Shown in pieces: positions 25,757 to 34,621 of a DNA stretch of 45,202 nt. The stretch covers positions 1-45,202 of the forward strand of contig CAZCDQ010000003.1 in the NCBI GenBank assembly GCA_964497605.1, in the 5' to 3' direction. Each line of letters starts with the position of its first letter. Position 1 is the stretch's first letter. Under the pieces are notes generated by a model. The model saw nothing but the letters and a program-made list of their open reading frames with translations. It was not told the DNA's origin and did not search any database. This DNA comes from an uncultured bacterium. GTDB taxonomy: Bacteria > Latescibacterota > Latescibacteria > Latescibacterales > Latescibacteraceae. A program made the translations under genes and the position numbers.

Positions 25757-26952
25757 CCTGTTATATCCAGATTTTGATTCCTCTCATGACGATTTTCGCT
25801 GGATGAATCTTTTGCATGTTGCACAGAACTGTCCCCAAAACGTTGAAAATCCACAGAAACGACCGTATAACCCCGTGCGGCAAGTTTTTCCCGCAGTTCT
25901 CCGCTCATGCGCGTTGCTTCCTCCAGAACACTGCCGTTCCCAAGTTCGAAACTCAATGCCACCGCCCGATTGTCATTACCTGCAAATGTCAGAGTCACAT
26001 GTACGGTACCGAGACATGTCGTGTCAATATCAAGCTCAACCGTAAACGGTTTCGGTTCCGAATTATTGCCGCGTAAGTTCGAATCACCGTCGCCATCGTT
26101 TGTAACAGTACCGCGGCCGGTGTTCAAATAACCGCCGGGTGGAAGCTCGAAACAGAATCCTTTTTTTTGCTCGTGTCTCCCGAGAATATTTGAGATTTGT
26201 TGATGTTCGATGTTTTTAATGTGTGTTTCGATATCTTTGGTGAGCGCTGCCAGTTTCTTTTTTAAAACACCGCGGGAATCATGTTTTTTAACACGGTTTG
26301 TAAACGCAATTAGAACCCCTTTGAGGTCATCATTTAAAAGCACCCGAAGCCGCTCAGGATCACGTCCCGAACGATACCATGCCCACAACTGCCATTCAAA
26401 GGCCAACCCGCTGTTATGGATGAGGTTTCTCAGCGGTGCGGCGGCTGCTTCATCGCTCATACCGGCGCTTACAATATTCTGCCGAATCGTACCTCTGAAA
26501 AATGCATCCAGATCGCGTATCAGAATTTCAATAGCGGTACGGATTTCTCCGGTCAACCGTGAATCGCCGAGAAATGTGGATGCCGTCTCACGTAATCCGG
26601 CCATTTCGCGCAGAACGGAAGGAAGATTCCCGCGCAGTGACTCGATCAGTTCTTTTGAGAGAGGAATGCCGTAACGGCGGAGCAGAAGCGCGTTCAGGAT
26701 CGCGGTCTCGTCGATATCGCCGCCCTTGAATCCGAGCGCGGACAGTTCACCGTAAAGCTCTCTCACCAGCGCTGGCGAGACCGTCACGCCGCGGTCCTCC
26801 ATTACCGCCGCAAGCCGCGTCGACAGTTCTCCACCATGCAAATCTGCATTCCGGGTGGCGCCGTGTTTCGATGACGACTGATGCTGTGCAGATTGTGTCT
26901 GTTTCGGGATACGGATACCGCCGGATTCCGCATCGGGACCTGAGATGTTCAA
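25753..26952 (-). CDS. FliK-like protein (C-terminal Flg_hook-type domain), a second copy distinct from the canonical fliK
   Basis: The C-terminus FTVELDIDTTCLGTVHVTLTFAGNDNRAVALSFELGNGSVLEEATRMSGELREKLAARGYTV resembles the hook-length control C-terminal domain. It has an internal NSGLAFEWQLWAW motif, a TTG start, and a 4-nt overlap with the downstream FlhB-C-like gene. Confidence 0.6.
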   Translation of the reverse strand: MNISGPDAESGGIRIPKQTQSAQHQSSSKHGATRNADLHGGELSTRLAAVMEDRGVTVSPALVRELYGELSALGFKGGDIDETAILNALLLRRYGIPLSKELIESLRGNLPSVLREMAGLRETASTFLGDSRLTGEIRTAIEILIRDLDAFFRGTIRQNIVSAGMSDEAAAAPLRNLIHNSGLAFEWQLWAWYRSGRDPERLRVLLNDDLKGVLIAFTNRVKKHDSRGVLKKKLAALTKDIETHIKNIEHQQISNILGRHEQKKGFCFELPPGGYLNTGRGTVTNDGDGDSNLRGNNSEPKPFTVELDIDTTCLGTVHVTLTFAGNDNRAVALSFELGNGSVLEEATRMSGELREKLAARGYTVVSVDFQRFGDSSVQHAKDSSSENRHERNQNLDITG

Positions 26953-26994
26953 ATTATTCTCTCTTTATCTGATCGGCCGTATGCATGGCACAAC

Positions 26995-27019
26995 AAAAAA
27001 AGGGCGGACATTCCACCCC
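26995..27019 (-). terminator. Rho-independent terminator after the fliA-linked acidic ORF
   Basis: The minus strand reads GGGTGG-AATGT-CCGCCC followed by TTTTTTTGTTG, starting 30 nt after the stop codon. Confidence 0.65.
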
Positions 27020-27048
27020 TCGCATGAAACCGACACACTCGCATTGTT

Positions 27049-27426
27049 TCAGATTTTTATATCGATATGCCCGGCCGTTTCGTTTCCGTCCGGATTAGTT
27101 TTTTTGTATTCTTCTGCGGACTGTTCTTTTGCGGTTATATCGCCGGACTGTTGGTTCTCATCGCCCTCAGATTCGTGCTCGTGCTCATCGTCCATGTGAT
27201 CTTCGGCAGTTTCGCGCTTCTCTTTCTCCTTTTCGCCGACATGGATCATGACCTGATCGGTCTCAGGCGTCGGAGTCGGCGCATGAGTCTTCTGTAATTT
27301 CAGCTTTTCGGAAAGCGCTTTGCTAAATTCATGCGCAGCCTCGGGACGCATTTCGGCACTTTGCTGCATGCGCACAGCTTGCTGCGTTTTCGATATTAAT
27401 CCTGAAAATTCAACCGGTCTGACCAT
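27049..27426 (-). CDS. Hypothetical acidic, His/Glu-rich protein co-transcribed with fliA
   Basis: 125 aa. It starts 32 nt downstream of fliA with no intervening terminator. It contains the low-complexity tract EKEKEKRETAEDHMDDEHEHESEGDE. I recognised no family. Confidence 0.5.
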   Translation of the reverse strand: MVRPVEFSGLISKTQQAVRMQQSAEMRPEAAHEFSKALSEKLKLQKTHAPTPTPETDQVMIHVGEKEKEKRETAEDHMDDEHEHESEGDENQQSGDITAKEQSAEEYKKTNPDGNETAGHIDIKI

Positions 27427-27458
27427 TGTACATCTGCCGTTAAAAAAACGTATATTAT

Positions 27459-28262
27459 TTATTGTTTCGAATAAAGCGATCTCAGTCTCGCCCTGATCTT
27501 CAAAATGGCAGTTGTATGAATCTGTGATATTCTCGACTCCGAGACTTTAATCACCATCCCGATTTCTTTCAATGTCAGCTCTTCGTAATAATATAGCGCA
27601 ATGACAAGCCGCTCCTGTTCAGATAAACCGCTGATTATCTCCACAATATTATCGACCAGCTCTTTGCGTTCGATATCTTTTAGAGGATTCTCGCCCTCCC
27701 CTTTCAGCGTATCGAGCCGCGTTATGGTATCTCCCGCGGGAGACGTGGTGATAATCTCGTCAAGCGATAGAAGCGTTGTACCGGAAATCTGGCGGATCGA
27801 TTTATTGTATTTTTCCTCGTCCCAGCCGAGAATATCCACAACCTCCGCATCATTGGGAAACCTTCCGAGCTTTTCAATAAGCTCGAGAATCGCACTTTCG
27901 ATCTGTTTCGATTTATCACGAATCGACCGCGGTACCCAGTCCAGGTTTCGAAGCTCGTCTATAATAGCCCCTTTGACCCGAGAGGACGCATAGGTCGTAA
28001 ACTTGATGCCTTTTTTCGGATCGTAACCTTTTGCGGCATCAATCAGCCCGATAACGCCCGAACTAATAAGATCTCGTTTATCGATCCAGGTCGGCAAACC
28101 GATGGCAAGACGGGAAACAATGAAATTCACTAATTGGAGGTTGTCTTTGACCAGCTTATCACGCTTCTGATCGGCGGACATCCTGTCATATATCCCGATG
28201 CCTTTACCGCCGGCAGTCCTCCCGTTTTCCGTTCGTTGTTTCCTGACGTTTTTTTCTGCCAT
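27459..28262 (-). CDS. fliA: Flagellar sigma factor sigma-28. The start is set at the internal ATG just after the flhG stop.
   Basis: Region 2 includes DKLVKDNLQLVNFIVSRLA and YASSRVKGAIIDELR. Region 4 is LSEQERLVIALYYYEELTLKEIGMVIKVSESRISQIHTTAILKIR. Confidence 0.92.
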   Translation of the reverse strand: MAEKNVRKQRTENGRTAGGKGIGIYDRMSADQKRDKLVKDNLQLVNFIVSRLAIGLPTWIDKRDLISSGVIGLIDAAKGYDPKKGIKFTTYASSRVKGAIIDELRNLDWVPRSIRDKSKQIESAILELIEKLGRFPNDAEVVDILGWDEEKYNKSIRQISGTTLLSLDEIITTSPAGDTITRLDTLKGEGENPLKDIERKELVDNIVEIISGLSEQERLVIALYYYEELTLKEIGMVIKVSESRISQIHTTAILKIRARLRSLYSKQ

Positions 28263-28275
28263 AATACTTCTTTTC

Positions 28276-29082
28276 TTATCGGTTGAATATTGTTTTTTGT
28301 TTAGTTTTTTCAATTCCAAGCATGTTCCGTGCAATCCGGCGAAGCGACTGCACCGGCGCCGATTTATCGGCATATACCGCCAGCGGAACCTGACGCATAA
28401 TCGCCTCAGTCACCACATTATCGCGCACCATCGATCCACGAAAGAGGATGTTTTTCCCGAGAAACCGTTTAACGATCTCATTGAATCTGTCGAATAGCAG
28501 ATCGCCCTCTTTCTCATTTCTACACATATTTATAATTATTCCGACGCCCAATCCAGGTTTTTCGTTCGAAATAAGTTTCACAATGGCATAGGCATCCGCA
28601 AACGCTGTCGGTTCCGCAGTCATGACAACAAGCACCTCGTCTGCCATGAAAATGAAATCGACCACATTTGCCGATATCCCCGCACCGGTATCGATAAATA
28701 TAATATCAAATGCATTTTCGAGTTTTAAAAGTTCGTTTTTGAACTTTTTCAGCCGATTTCCGCCTACATCGCTAACCCGTCCGGAACCGGAACCTGCTGA
28801 GAGTACGGTCACTGCCTCGGGACCTTCCGCAAGCGCATCGAAAATACTCGCGTTCCCCTCGATAACCTCCTCGATCGTATGTGCTGCGGTGACACCGGTC
28901 ATCAGATCGATGTTCGCAAGTCCCATGTCGGCATCAATGAGAAGCACTTTTAGTCCGGCCTTGCTCATGATGATCGACAGGTTCACCGCAACTGACGTTT
29001 TTCCCACACCGCCTTTGCCGCTTGTGATGGCGTATACTTTTGCGCTTCGGGATTTCAAATTATGCTGTTTATCAGATTTCAT
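28276..29082 (-). CDS. flhG: MinD/ParA-type ATPase that regulates flagellar number and placement
   Basis: The deviant Walker A is ITSGKGGVGKTSVAVNL. The gene lies between flhF and fliA. Confidence 0.9.
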   Translation of the reverse strand: MKSDKQHNLKSRSAKVYAITSGKGGVGKTSVAVNLSIIMSKAGLKVLLIDADMGLANIDLMTGVTAAHTIEEVIEGNASIFDALAEGPEAVTVLSAGSGSGRVSDVGGNRLKKFKNELLKLENAFDIIFIDTGAGISANVVDFIFMADEVLVVMTAEPTAFADAYAIVKLISNEKPGLGVGIIINMCRNEKEGDLLFDRFNEIVKRFLGKNILFRGSMVRDNVVTEAIMRQVPLAVYADKSAPVQSLRRIARNMLGIEKTKQKTIFNR

Positions 29083-29108
29083 ATATTTCTATACCGATTA
29101 TCCTGGTG

Positions 29109-30332
29109 TTATATCGCTTTTTCCCTGCCAAGATTTTTTCTGAGCAGGCTTTCCGGTTCCGCGAGCGAGAAATCGCCGGGAACATTCTGCCCGAACGTGA
29201 CATACGACAGCGGTTTCTCCGATTCAAGCGCAAAAGACAGTATCTGGCCGTAATTACCCGTTTCGTCAAGTTTTGTACACAAAATTCTGTTTGGTTTCAA
29301 TGTGCCGAAATTCTTGGTGATATTTCTCATCTCCGCAACCGAGGTGGTAACACTCAGTGTCAGATGAACTTCCTGTGGAACCAGCTTGTGAAGGAATTCA
29401 ACCATTTCCATCATCTGATTTTGATCCAGCGGCCCTGAACCCGGCGTATCGACAAGAACAATATCGTTTTTCATCAGTTTCGGCATAATGGCCGGTATTT
29501 CATCGGGACTGTATGCGATGTGAAGCGGTATTTTGATGATGCGACAGTACGATTTCAATTGTCCTACAGCATCGATGCGTTTCGTGTCGACAGTCAACAC
29601 ACCGGCTTTTTTATTTTGATTAAGCGTGAACTCGGTCGCAAGTTTAGCAATCGTCGTCGTTTTTCCCGATCCGGTCGGGCCGACAAACACCACAATCCGC
29701 GGTTTCGCTCCGGCAAAAATAATTGGACAGGGGTCACCAATACCCTCGAGAAATATTTCGACCGCCCTGTCGAGAATGGCGTTGTAATCGGAAAGTTCGC
29801 TACCGCTGAGTTCGTTCAGCAATTGATGCGTAATACGTTTGGCGATTTTGTCTTCGAAACCGCATCCGAGCATCTTTGACAGAAACTTCGCCAGATTACG
29901 GGGAAGTCCGCTGAGTTCGCCGGAAAGGGACGTATCGGCAATTACTTTCATGGATCGTTTGAGTTCCTTAATATCCGCCATCACTTTTTCCATGTTGACA
30001 CGTTCCTCAAGGCTTTTCATGCTGACGTCTCCCGTTTTTTTTATACGCACCGGCTTATAACTTGCCGGTTTTTCCGGCGGAGACTGTTTCACATCGGCAG
30101 GCCCGACCGGTTTCGACAATCCTCTGATGAAATCCGCCCCTGCGCCGGAGACTGGGGACTGTTCTTTATCGACCGCTGCGGATACCTCCACAAACGACCG
30201 GCCGATAAGATCGAATACGCTGCCTTTTCGGTTGCTCCGTGTGTTGAGAATGACCGCATCCGGCCCCAGTTCATCGCGGACTTTCGCAAGGGCTTCGGAC
30301 ATGGTGGGAGCTGTAAACTTTTTAATTATCAT
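29109..30332 (-). CDS. flhF: Flagellar biosynthesis SRP-type GTPase
   Basis: The N-terminus is MIIKKFTAPTMSEALAKVRDELGPDAVIL. G motifs are VGPTGSGKTTTIAKLA, LVDTPG and TKLDET. Confidence 0.93.
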   Translation of the reverse strand: MIIKKFTAPTMSEALAKVRDELGPDAVILNTRSNRKGSVFDLIGRSFVEVSAAVDKEQSPVSGAGADFIRGLSKPVGPADVKQSPPEKPASYKPVRIKKTGDVSMKSLEERVNMEKVMADIKELKRSMKVIADTSLSGELSGLPRNLAKFLSKMLGCGFEDKIAKRITHQLLNELSGSELSDYNAILDRAVEIFLEGIGDPCPIIFAGAKPRIVVFVGPTGSGKTTTIAKLATEFTLNQNKKAGVLTVDTKRIDAVGQLKSYCRIIKIPLHIAYSPDEIPAIMPKLMKNDIVLVDTPGSGPLDQNQMMEMVEFLHKLVPQEVHLTLSVTTSVAEMRNITKNFGTLKPNRILCTKLDETGNYGQILSFALESEKPLSYVTFGQNVPGDFSLAEPESLLRKNLGREKAI

Positions 30333-30334
30333 TG

Positions 30335-32395
30335 CTATATCTTCAATATCCCGACTGAGAACAGTTCGACTTCAGGCGCAACCTCATTATACGAAATTAC
30401 TGCGCATCTGGGGAAATTAATTTCAGTCAGCGTTCTGAATGCAAGCCGTATACTGGTCGAGGTCAGCGCAATCGGCTGCTGATCATTCTGTATCATCTGG
30501 TCGTTTAGTTCCCGGACACCACTAAGAATCTGCTCGATAACCTCCGGTGCGAGATTCACCACCACACCGTGAGGCGTCGACTGCATGTTTTCCATGATCA
30601 GACGTTCGAGATCGGGTGCAAGCGTGAACACTTTCAGCTGCCCTTCATCATCAATATACATTTTTGTAATCGTTCTGTAAAGCGCCGAACGTGCAAGTTC
30701 TCCAAGAGAGTTCGGATCTTTGTTTGTTGCGGCAAAATCTCCCACCGCTTCGAGAATGGTAACAAGATCGCGGACAGGTACCCGTTCTTTGAGCAGATGC
30801 TGCAATATTTTTTGTAGAATCCCGAGCGGAAGCGTGCCGGGAACCAAATCCTCGATCAGGATCGGATAATCCTTTTTCACATTGTCGACGAGCGTTTGGA
30901 CATCCTGACGAGAAATAATCTCATGCGCATGGGATTTTATGACCTCCGAGAGGTGGGTTGCAAGCACACTGGACGGCTCGACGACTGTGTATCCGCTCAA
31001 TTCGGCCTTTTCCTTAACCTGTGGGGTGACCCATTTCGCCTCGAGACCGAATGCCGGTTCGAGCGTGTCGATACCCTCGATCTCCTCCTGGGCACCACCG
31101 GGGTTCATGGCGAGAAATTTACCCGTCTCGATCACGCCTTTCGCAACCTCGTTGCCGCGGATAAGAATGACATACTCGTTCGAGGCGAGACGAATGTTGT
31201 CTCGTATCCTGACAGGCGGCACCACAATACCAAGGTCGGTAGCGATCTGACGGCGCAGCGTAGTGACCCGATCGAGAAAATCGCCGCCCTGTCCCTCGTC
31301 GACAAGCGGGATAAGCCCGTACCCGATTTCGACGCCAAGAATATCTATCGACAGATAATCCTCTATACGCTCCTCGCGTTTCTCGAGCGCTTTTGTTTTC
31401 TCCTCTTCGATACTTTTCTTCTCAGCAATCGTCCCCTGCCGCATGGCCAGCATCGCATAAAGGCCAGAAATGACCGCCATAACCAGAAACGGCCGTGTCG
31501 GAAGGCCCGGTATTAATCCGAAAAGCGCGATCATCATCGACGCGATGACAATAGGAGTCGGATTTTTCGTTAATTGCTCCCGGATATCCTCGCCGAGATT
31601 TGATTCCGAAGTTGCCCGTGTGACCAGAAGACCCGCCGCAGTCGACATGAGCAGCGCTGGAATCTGTGTCACAAGGCCGTCCCCGACCGTCAGCATCGAA
31701 TAGGTAGCAATTGACTGCCGCCAGTCCATGTTCATCATGGACATACCGATGATGAAGCCGCCGATGATGTTTATTACGGTGATGATAAGCCCCGCGATAA
31801 CATCGCCCCGGACAAATTTTGAGGCGCCGTCCATGGCCCCGTAGAAATCCGCCTCGCGGCTGATGGTCTCACGTCGCCGCCGCGCCTCTTCCTCGTCAAT
31901 CATGCCGGCGTTCAGATCGGCGTCGATGGCCATCTGTTTGCCGGGCATGGCGTCGAGAGTGAACCGTGCCGAAACCTCGGCGATACGGGTCGCACCCTTG
32001 GTGATAACCACAAACTGAATGATGATAATAATAACAAATATGATGAATCCGACGACATAATTCCCCTGGACAACAAACGTACCGAACGAGGCAATCACCG
32101 CACCGGCATCCGCCTGTCCGAGTATAAGCCGTGTTGTTGCCACATTCAGCGCGAGGCGGAATACGGTCGCGACTAGCAGCAGTCCCGGAAATACGGACAG
32201 CTCAAGCGGCGAGGTAATATACATGGTCACCAGCAGAATAATAATCGAAAAGACGATATTGAACGTAAGAAGCATATCAACCATTGCCGCCGGTACTGGG
32301 ATGATCATTACGCCGAGAATGGCGATAACCAATACCGCAAGAATCGCATCCGATATGTTCGACCGCCGTGCGCCTGTGGGATTTTGTTCCGCCAA
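30335..32395 (-). CDS. flhA: Flagellar type III export gate protein (TTG start)
   Basis: 686 aa. It contains FRLALNVATTRLIL, FVRGDVIAGLIITVINIIGG and the cytoplasmic C-terminal domain. The RBS GGAG is upstream. Confidence 0.95.
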   Translation of the reverse strand: MAEQNPTGARRSNISDAILAVLVIAILGVMIIPVPAAMVDMLLTFNIVFSIIILLVTMYITSPLELSVFPGLLLVATVFRLALNVATTRLILGQADAGAVIASFGTFVVQGNYVVGFIIFVIIIIIQFVVITKGATRIAEVSARFTLDAMPGKQMAIDADLNAGMIDEEEARRRRETISREADFYGAMDGASKFVRGDVIAGLIITVINIIGGFIIGMSMMNMDWRQSIATYSMLTVGDGLVTQIPALLMSTAAGLLVTRATSESNLGEDIREQLTKNPTPIVIASMMIALFGLIPGLPTRPFLVMAVISGLYAMLAMRQGTIAEKKSIEEEKTKALEKREERIEDYLSIDILGVEIGYGLIPLVDEGQGGDFLDRVTTLRRQIATDLGIVVPPVRIRDNIRLASNEYVILIRGNEVAKGVIETGKFLAMNPGGAQEEIEGIDTLEPAFGLEAKWVTPQVKEKAELSGYTVVEPSSVLATHLSEVIKSHAHEIISRQDVQTLVDNVKKDYPILIEDLVPGTLPLGILQKILQHLLKERVPVRDLVTILEAVGDFAATNKDPNSLGELARSALYRTITKMYIDDEGQLKVFTLAPDLERLIMENMQSTPHGVVVNLAPEVIEQILSGVRELNDQMIQNDQQPIALTSTSIRLAFRTLTEINFPRCAVISYNEVAPEVELFSVGILKI

Positions 32396-32524
32396 ATCGT
32401 ATCTCCGTTTATGTAATTTGATTCAAAAATTCGTCAGTATCTCAGGCCTTTTGACAAGGAAAGGAAAACGGTCTCCTAAAACACTAAGATTCGGGGCTTA
32501 GAACCCTTGCCGCCTTTTTCCAAT

Positions 32525-32562
32525 TCTCCCATCCCTTTCTAAAGAGAGGGTGTTATGGGAGA
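32525..32562. repeat. Imperfect GC-rich palindromic hairpin (REP-like) in the flhB-flhA spacer
   Basis: TCTCCCAT-CCCTTTCT-AA-AGAGAGGG-TGTT-ATGGGAGA sits in a 244-bp non-coding gap. Confidence 0.55.
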
Positions 32563-32639
32563 GTTTAACCTATCGCAACCACGCTGTCATACATGTATAT
32601 TTCGTGCTACCCCTTATTATACAAGACTTTCGGGTAATT

Positions 32640-33707
32640 TCATACTACTTTTTTGCCTTTAAGCCGGTAAACATACGCAAGAACCTCGGCAACCGCGGTA
32701 AAAAGGTCCGCCGGGATAGCATGCCCCACGTCGACCGCCTTGTAAAGCGCCTGGGCAAGTGCAACGTTTTCAACGATCGGAACGCCCGATTCAGCGGCAA
32801 TGGTTCGAATCCGTTCGGCAAGGAGTCTGCGGCCCTTTGCGACAACAACCGGAGCAGGCATACCAGCCTCATAGGAGAGCGCAACAGCGATCTCGGTCGG
32901 GTTGGTTATCACCACATCGGCAGTCGGTACCTCCTCCATCATACGCCGCCGCGCCATCTCACGCTGCGCTGACCGAACACGAGCTCTGAGCAAGGGATCG
33001 CCCTCAGTCTGTTTCAGTTCCTCTTTGATTTCCTGACGGGTCATCATCATTGACTGCTCGTAGTCCCAGCGCTGAAACGCATAATCGAGAATCGCAAGGA
33101 CCGCATACCCGATCAGGATTTTCATAGAAATCCTGAACACAGAGGTGCCGGTAAAATTGATGATCTGTCCCGCAGAATAGCCGGCTGTATTCAGAATATC
33201 ATGCATAAGACCGGTAATGGCGGAATACCCGATCCAACCGACAACAACGATTTTTAGAATATCTTTGAGCAACGTTTCGACGGACCGTTTGGAAAACAGC
33301 CGTTTAAATCCGGCGAGCGGATTAATTTTTTCAAGTTTCGGCACCAACGGCTCACCGGTAAACAAAAATCCGACCTGCGCAAGGTTTACAAGTATGCCGA
33401 CAAGCGCAAGAACGATGAATACGGGCATGATGATGACAAAATATCTGAACATGACATTCAAAAACAGATTTCGGACGCTTACAAGCGACAGATCTATCGA
33501 CGAGCTGAGATTGAAAAACCCCCTGATGTTATTGCCCAGACCGTCCACATAAAAGCGGCCAAACATCATCAGAGTCACAAAGCATGCGGCAAGAATAACG
33601 ACTGAACTAAGGTCCATCGAGCGCGCCACCTGCCCCCGTTGTCTCGTCTCGCGGCGCCGTTTTTCAGTCGCCTGTTCAGTCCGTTCCTGACCTGTTTCCT
33701 CAGCCAA
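32640..33707 (-). CDS. flhB: Flagellar export apparatus switch protein, with an NPTE variant of the autocleavage motif
   Basis: The N-terminus is QERTEQATEKRRRETRQRGQVARS. It has four TM segments and TRQEIKEELKQTEGDP. The C-terminal domain reads ITNPTEIAVAL. Confidence 0.95.
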   Translation of the reverse strand: MAEETGQERTEQATEKRRRETRQRGQVARSMDLSSVVILAACFVTLMMFGRFYVDGLGNNIRGFFNLSSSIDLSLVSVRNLFLNVMFRYFVIIMPVFIVLALVGILVNLAQVGFLFTGEPLVPKLEKINPLAGFKRLFSKRSVETLLKDILKIVVVGWIGYSAITGLMHDILNTAGYSAGQIINFTGTSVFRISMKILIGYAVLAILDYAFQRWDYEQSMMMTRQEIKEELKQTEGDPLLRARVRSAQREMARRRMMEEVPTADVVITNPTEIAVALSYEAGMPAPVVVAKGRRLLAERIRTIAAESGVPIVENVALAQALYKAVDVGHAIPADLFTAVAEVLAYVYRLKGKKVV

Positions 33708-33760
33708 ATCCGTGCTCTCCGAATGGAATTATTTCCGATGTTCCGCCTGTAGGTGTAAAC

Positions 33761-34543
33761 TCACCCCTGCAGATAACCGATTATTTGCATAATATCCCGC
33801 CCAAGACCGTTAAACGCATTCACCATTACAACTTTTACAAACGGGAACGACACTCTTATCATGATAAGCCCGACACCGATGGCAAGCGGAAATCCGACAA
33901 TGAACACGTTCATTTGCGGCACTGTCCGCGCGACAATGCCCATAACAACGTTTACGATAAAGAGGGTAATAATCACCGGCGCCGACAGTTTCACTGCGAT
34001 CACAAAAAGCGATGCGGTCAAAGCAACAATAAACTCTCCGACACCGGCATCAAACACACCGCCGCCGATCGGGATCATCTCAAAACTTCTCACAAGTGCC
34101 TGTATCACTGCATGGTGCCCGTCAATCATAAGAAAAACAAGCAGACTGAATAGATAGTAAAATTCGCCAACGATGGATATTTGTCCGGAGCCCATCGGAT
34201 CGATGATGCTTGCAACCGCAAGACCCATCTGAAGCCCTATCATATGTCCCGCGAATTGAACCGCCGAAAAAAGTATGACGACCGCGAAACCCATAGCAAA
34301 TCCAATTGCCAGTTCGCTCAGGATGACCATACCGAGCCCGAATGTGGTCGGCGGCGGCTGTATTTCCGATACCACGGCGGATGGGAATAACATAACCGCA
34401 ACCATGATGATAAACCATATCCTCAGTATCCGCGGAATAGAAGAATGGCCGAACACCGGTACGGTCATAAAAAGCGCGCCGGTTCTGAACATAATCAGTA
34501 GTATCCGGTAAATGTCCGTCGTTGTTAACCCGAACGGCTCCAT
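33761..34543 (-). CDS. fliR: Flagellar export apparatus protein
   Basis: A polytopic 260-aa protein after fliQ, with FliR-like segments (FMTVPVFGHSSIP, LSELAIGFAMGF). Confidence 0.9.
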   Translation of the reverse strand: MEPFGLTTTDIYRILLIMFRTGALFMTVPVFGHSSIPRILRIWFIIMVAVMLFPSAVVSEIQPPPTTFGLGMVILSELAIGFAMGFAVVILFSAVQFAGHMIGLQMGLAVASIIDPMGSGQISIVGEFYYLFSLLVFLMIDGHHAVIQALVRSFEMIPIGGGVFDAGVGEFIVALTASLFVIAVKLSAPVIITLFIVNVVMGIVARTVPQMNVFIVGFPLAIGVGLIMIRVSFPFVKVVMVNAFNGLGRDIMQIIGYLQG

Positions 34544-34621
34544 GTGGTTTCCCTACAAAAAAACATACCGTAATAGTATGTTGACCGTTTCATTGTCGCG
34601 ATGGATGTTACATGTGTCCGG

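Noticed and set aside
26953-26993. GCCGATCA box upstream of the FliK-like gene as a possible sigma-28 promoter
   Set aside because: It matches 7 of 8 positions of the -10 consensus, but it has no TAAA -35 element. It also lies only 17 nt from the TTG start, leaving almost no leader. The support is too weak to report as a feature.
27459-28373. Long N-terminal extensions of listed ORFs: fliA to 28373, fliP to 35784, fliQ to 34948, flgF to 24803, flbD to 40286 and the hypothetical protein from 15343
   Set aside because: The extensions overlap the preceding gene or lack an RBS, and they add non-homologous residues ahead of the conserved family N-termini. Internal ATG starts fit both the families and the gene spacing.
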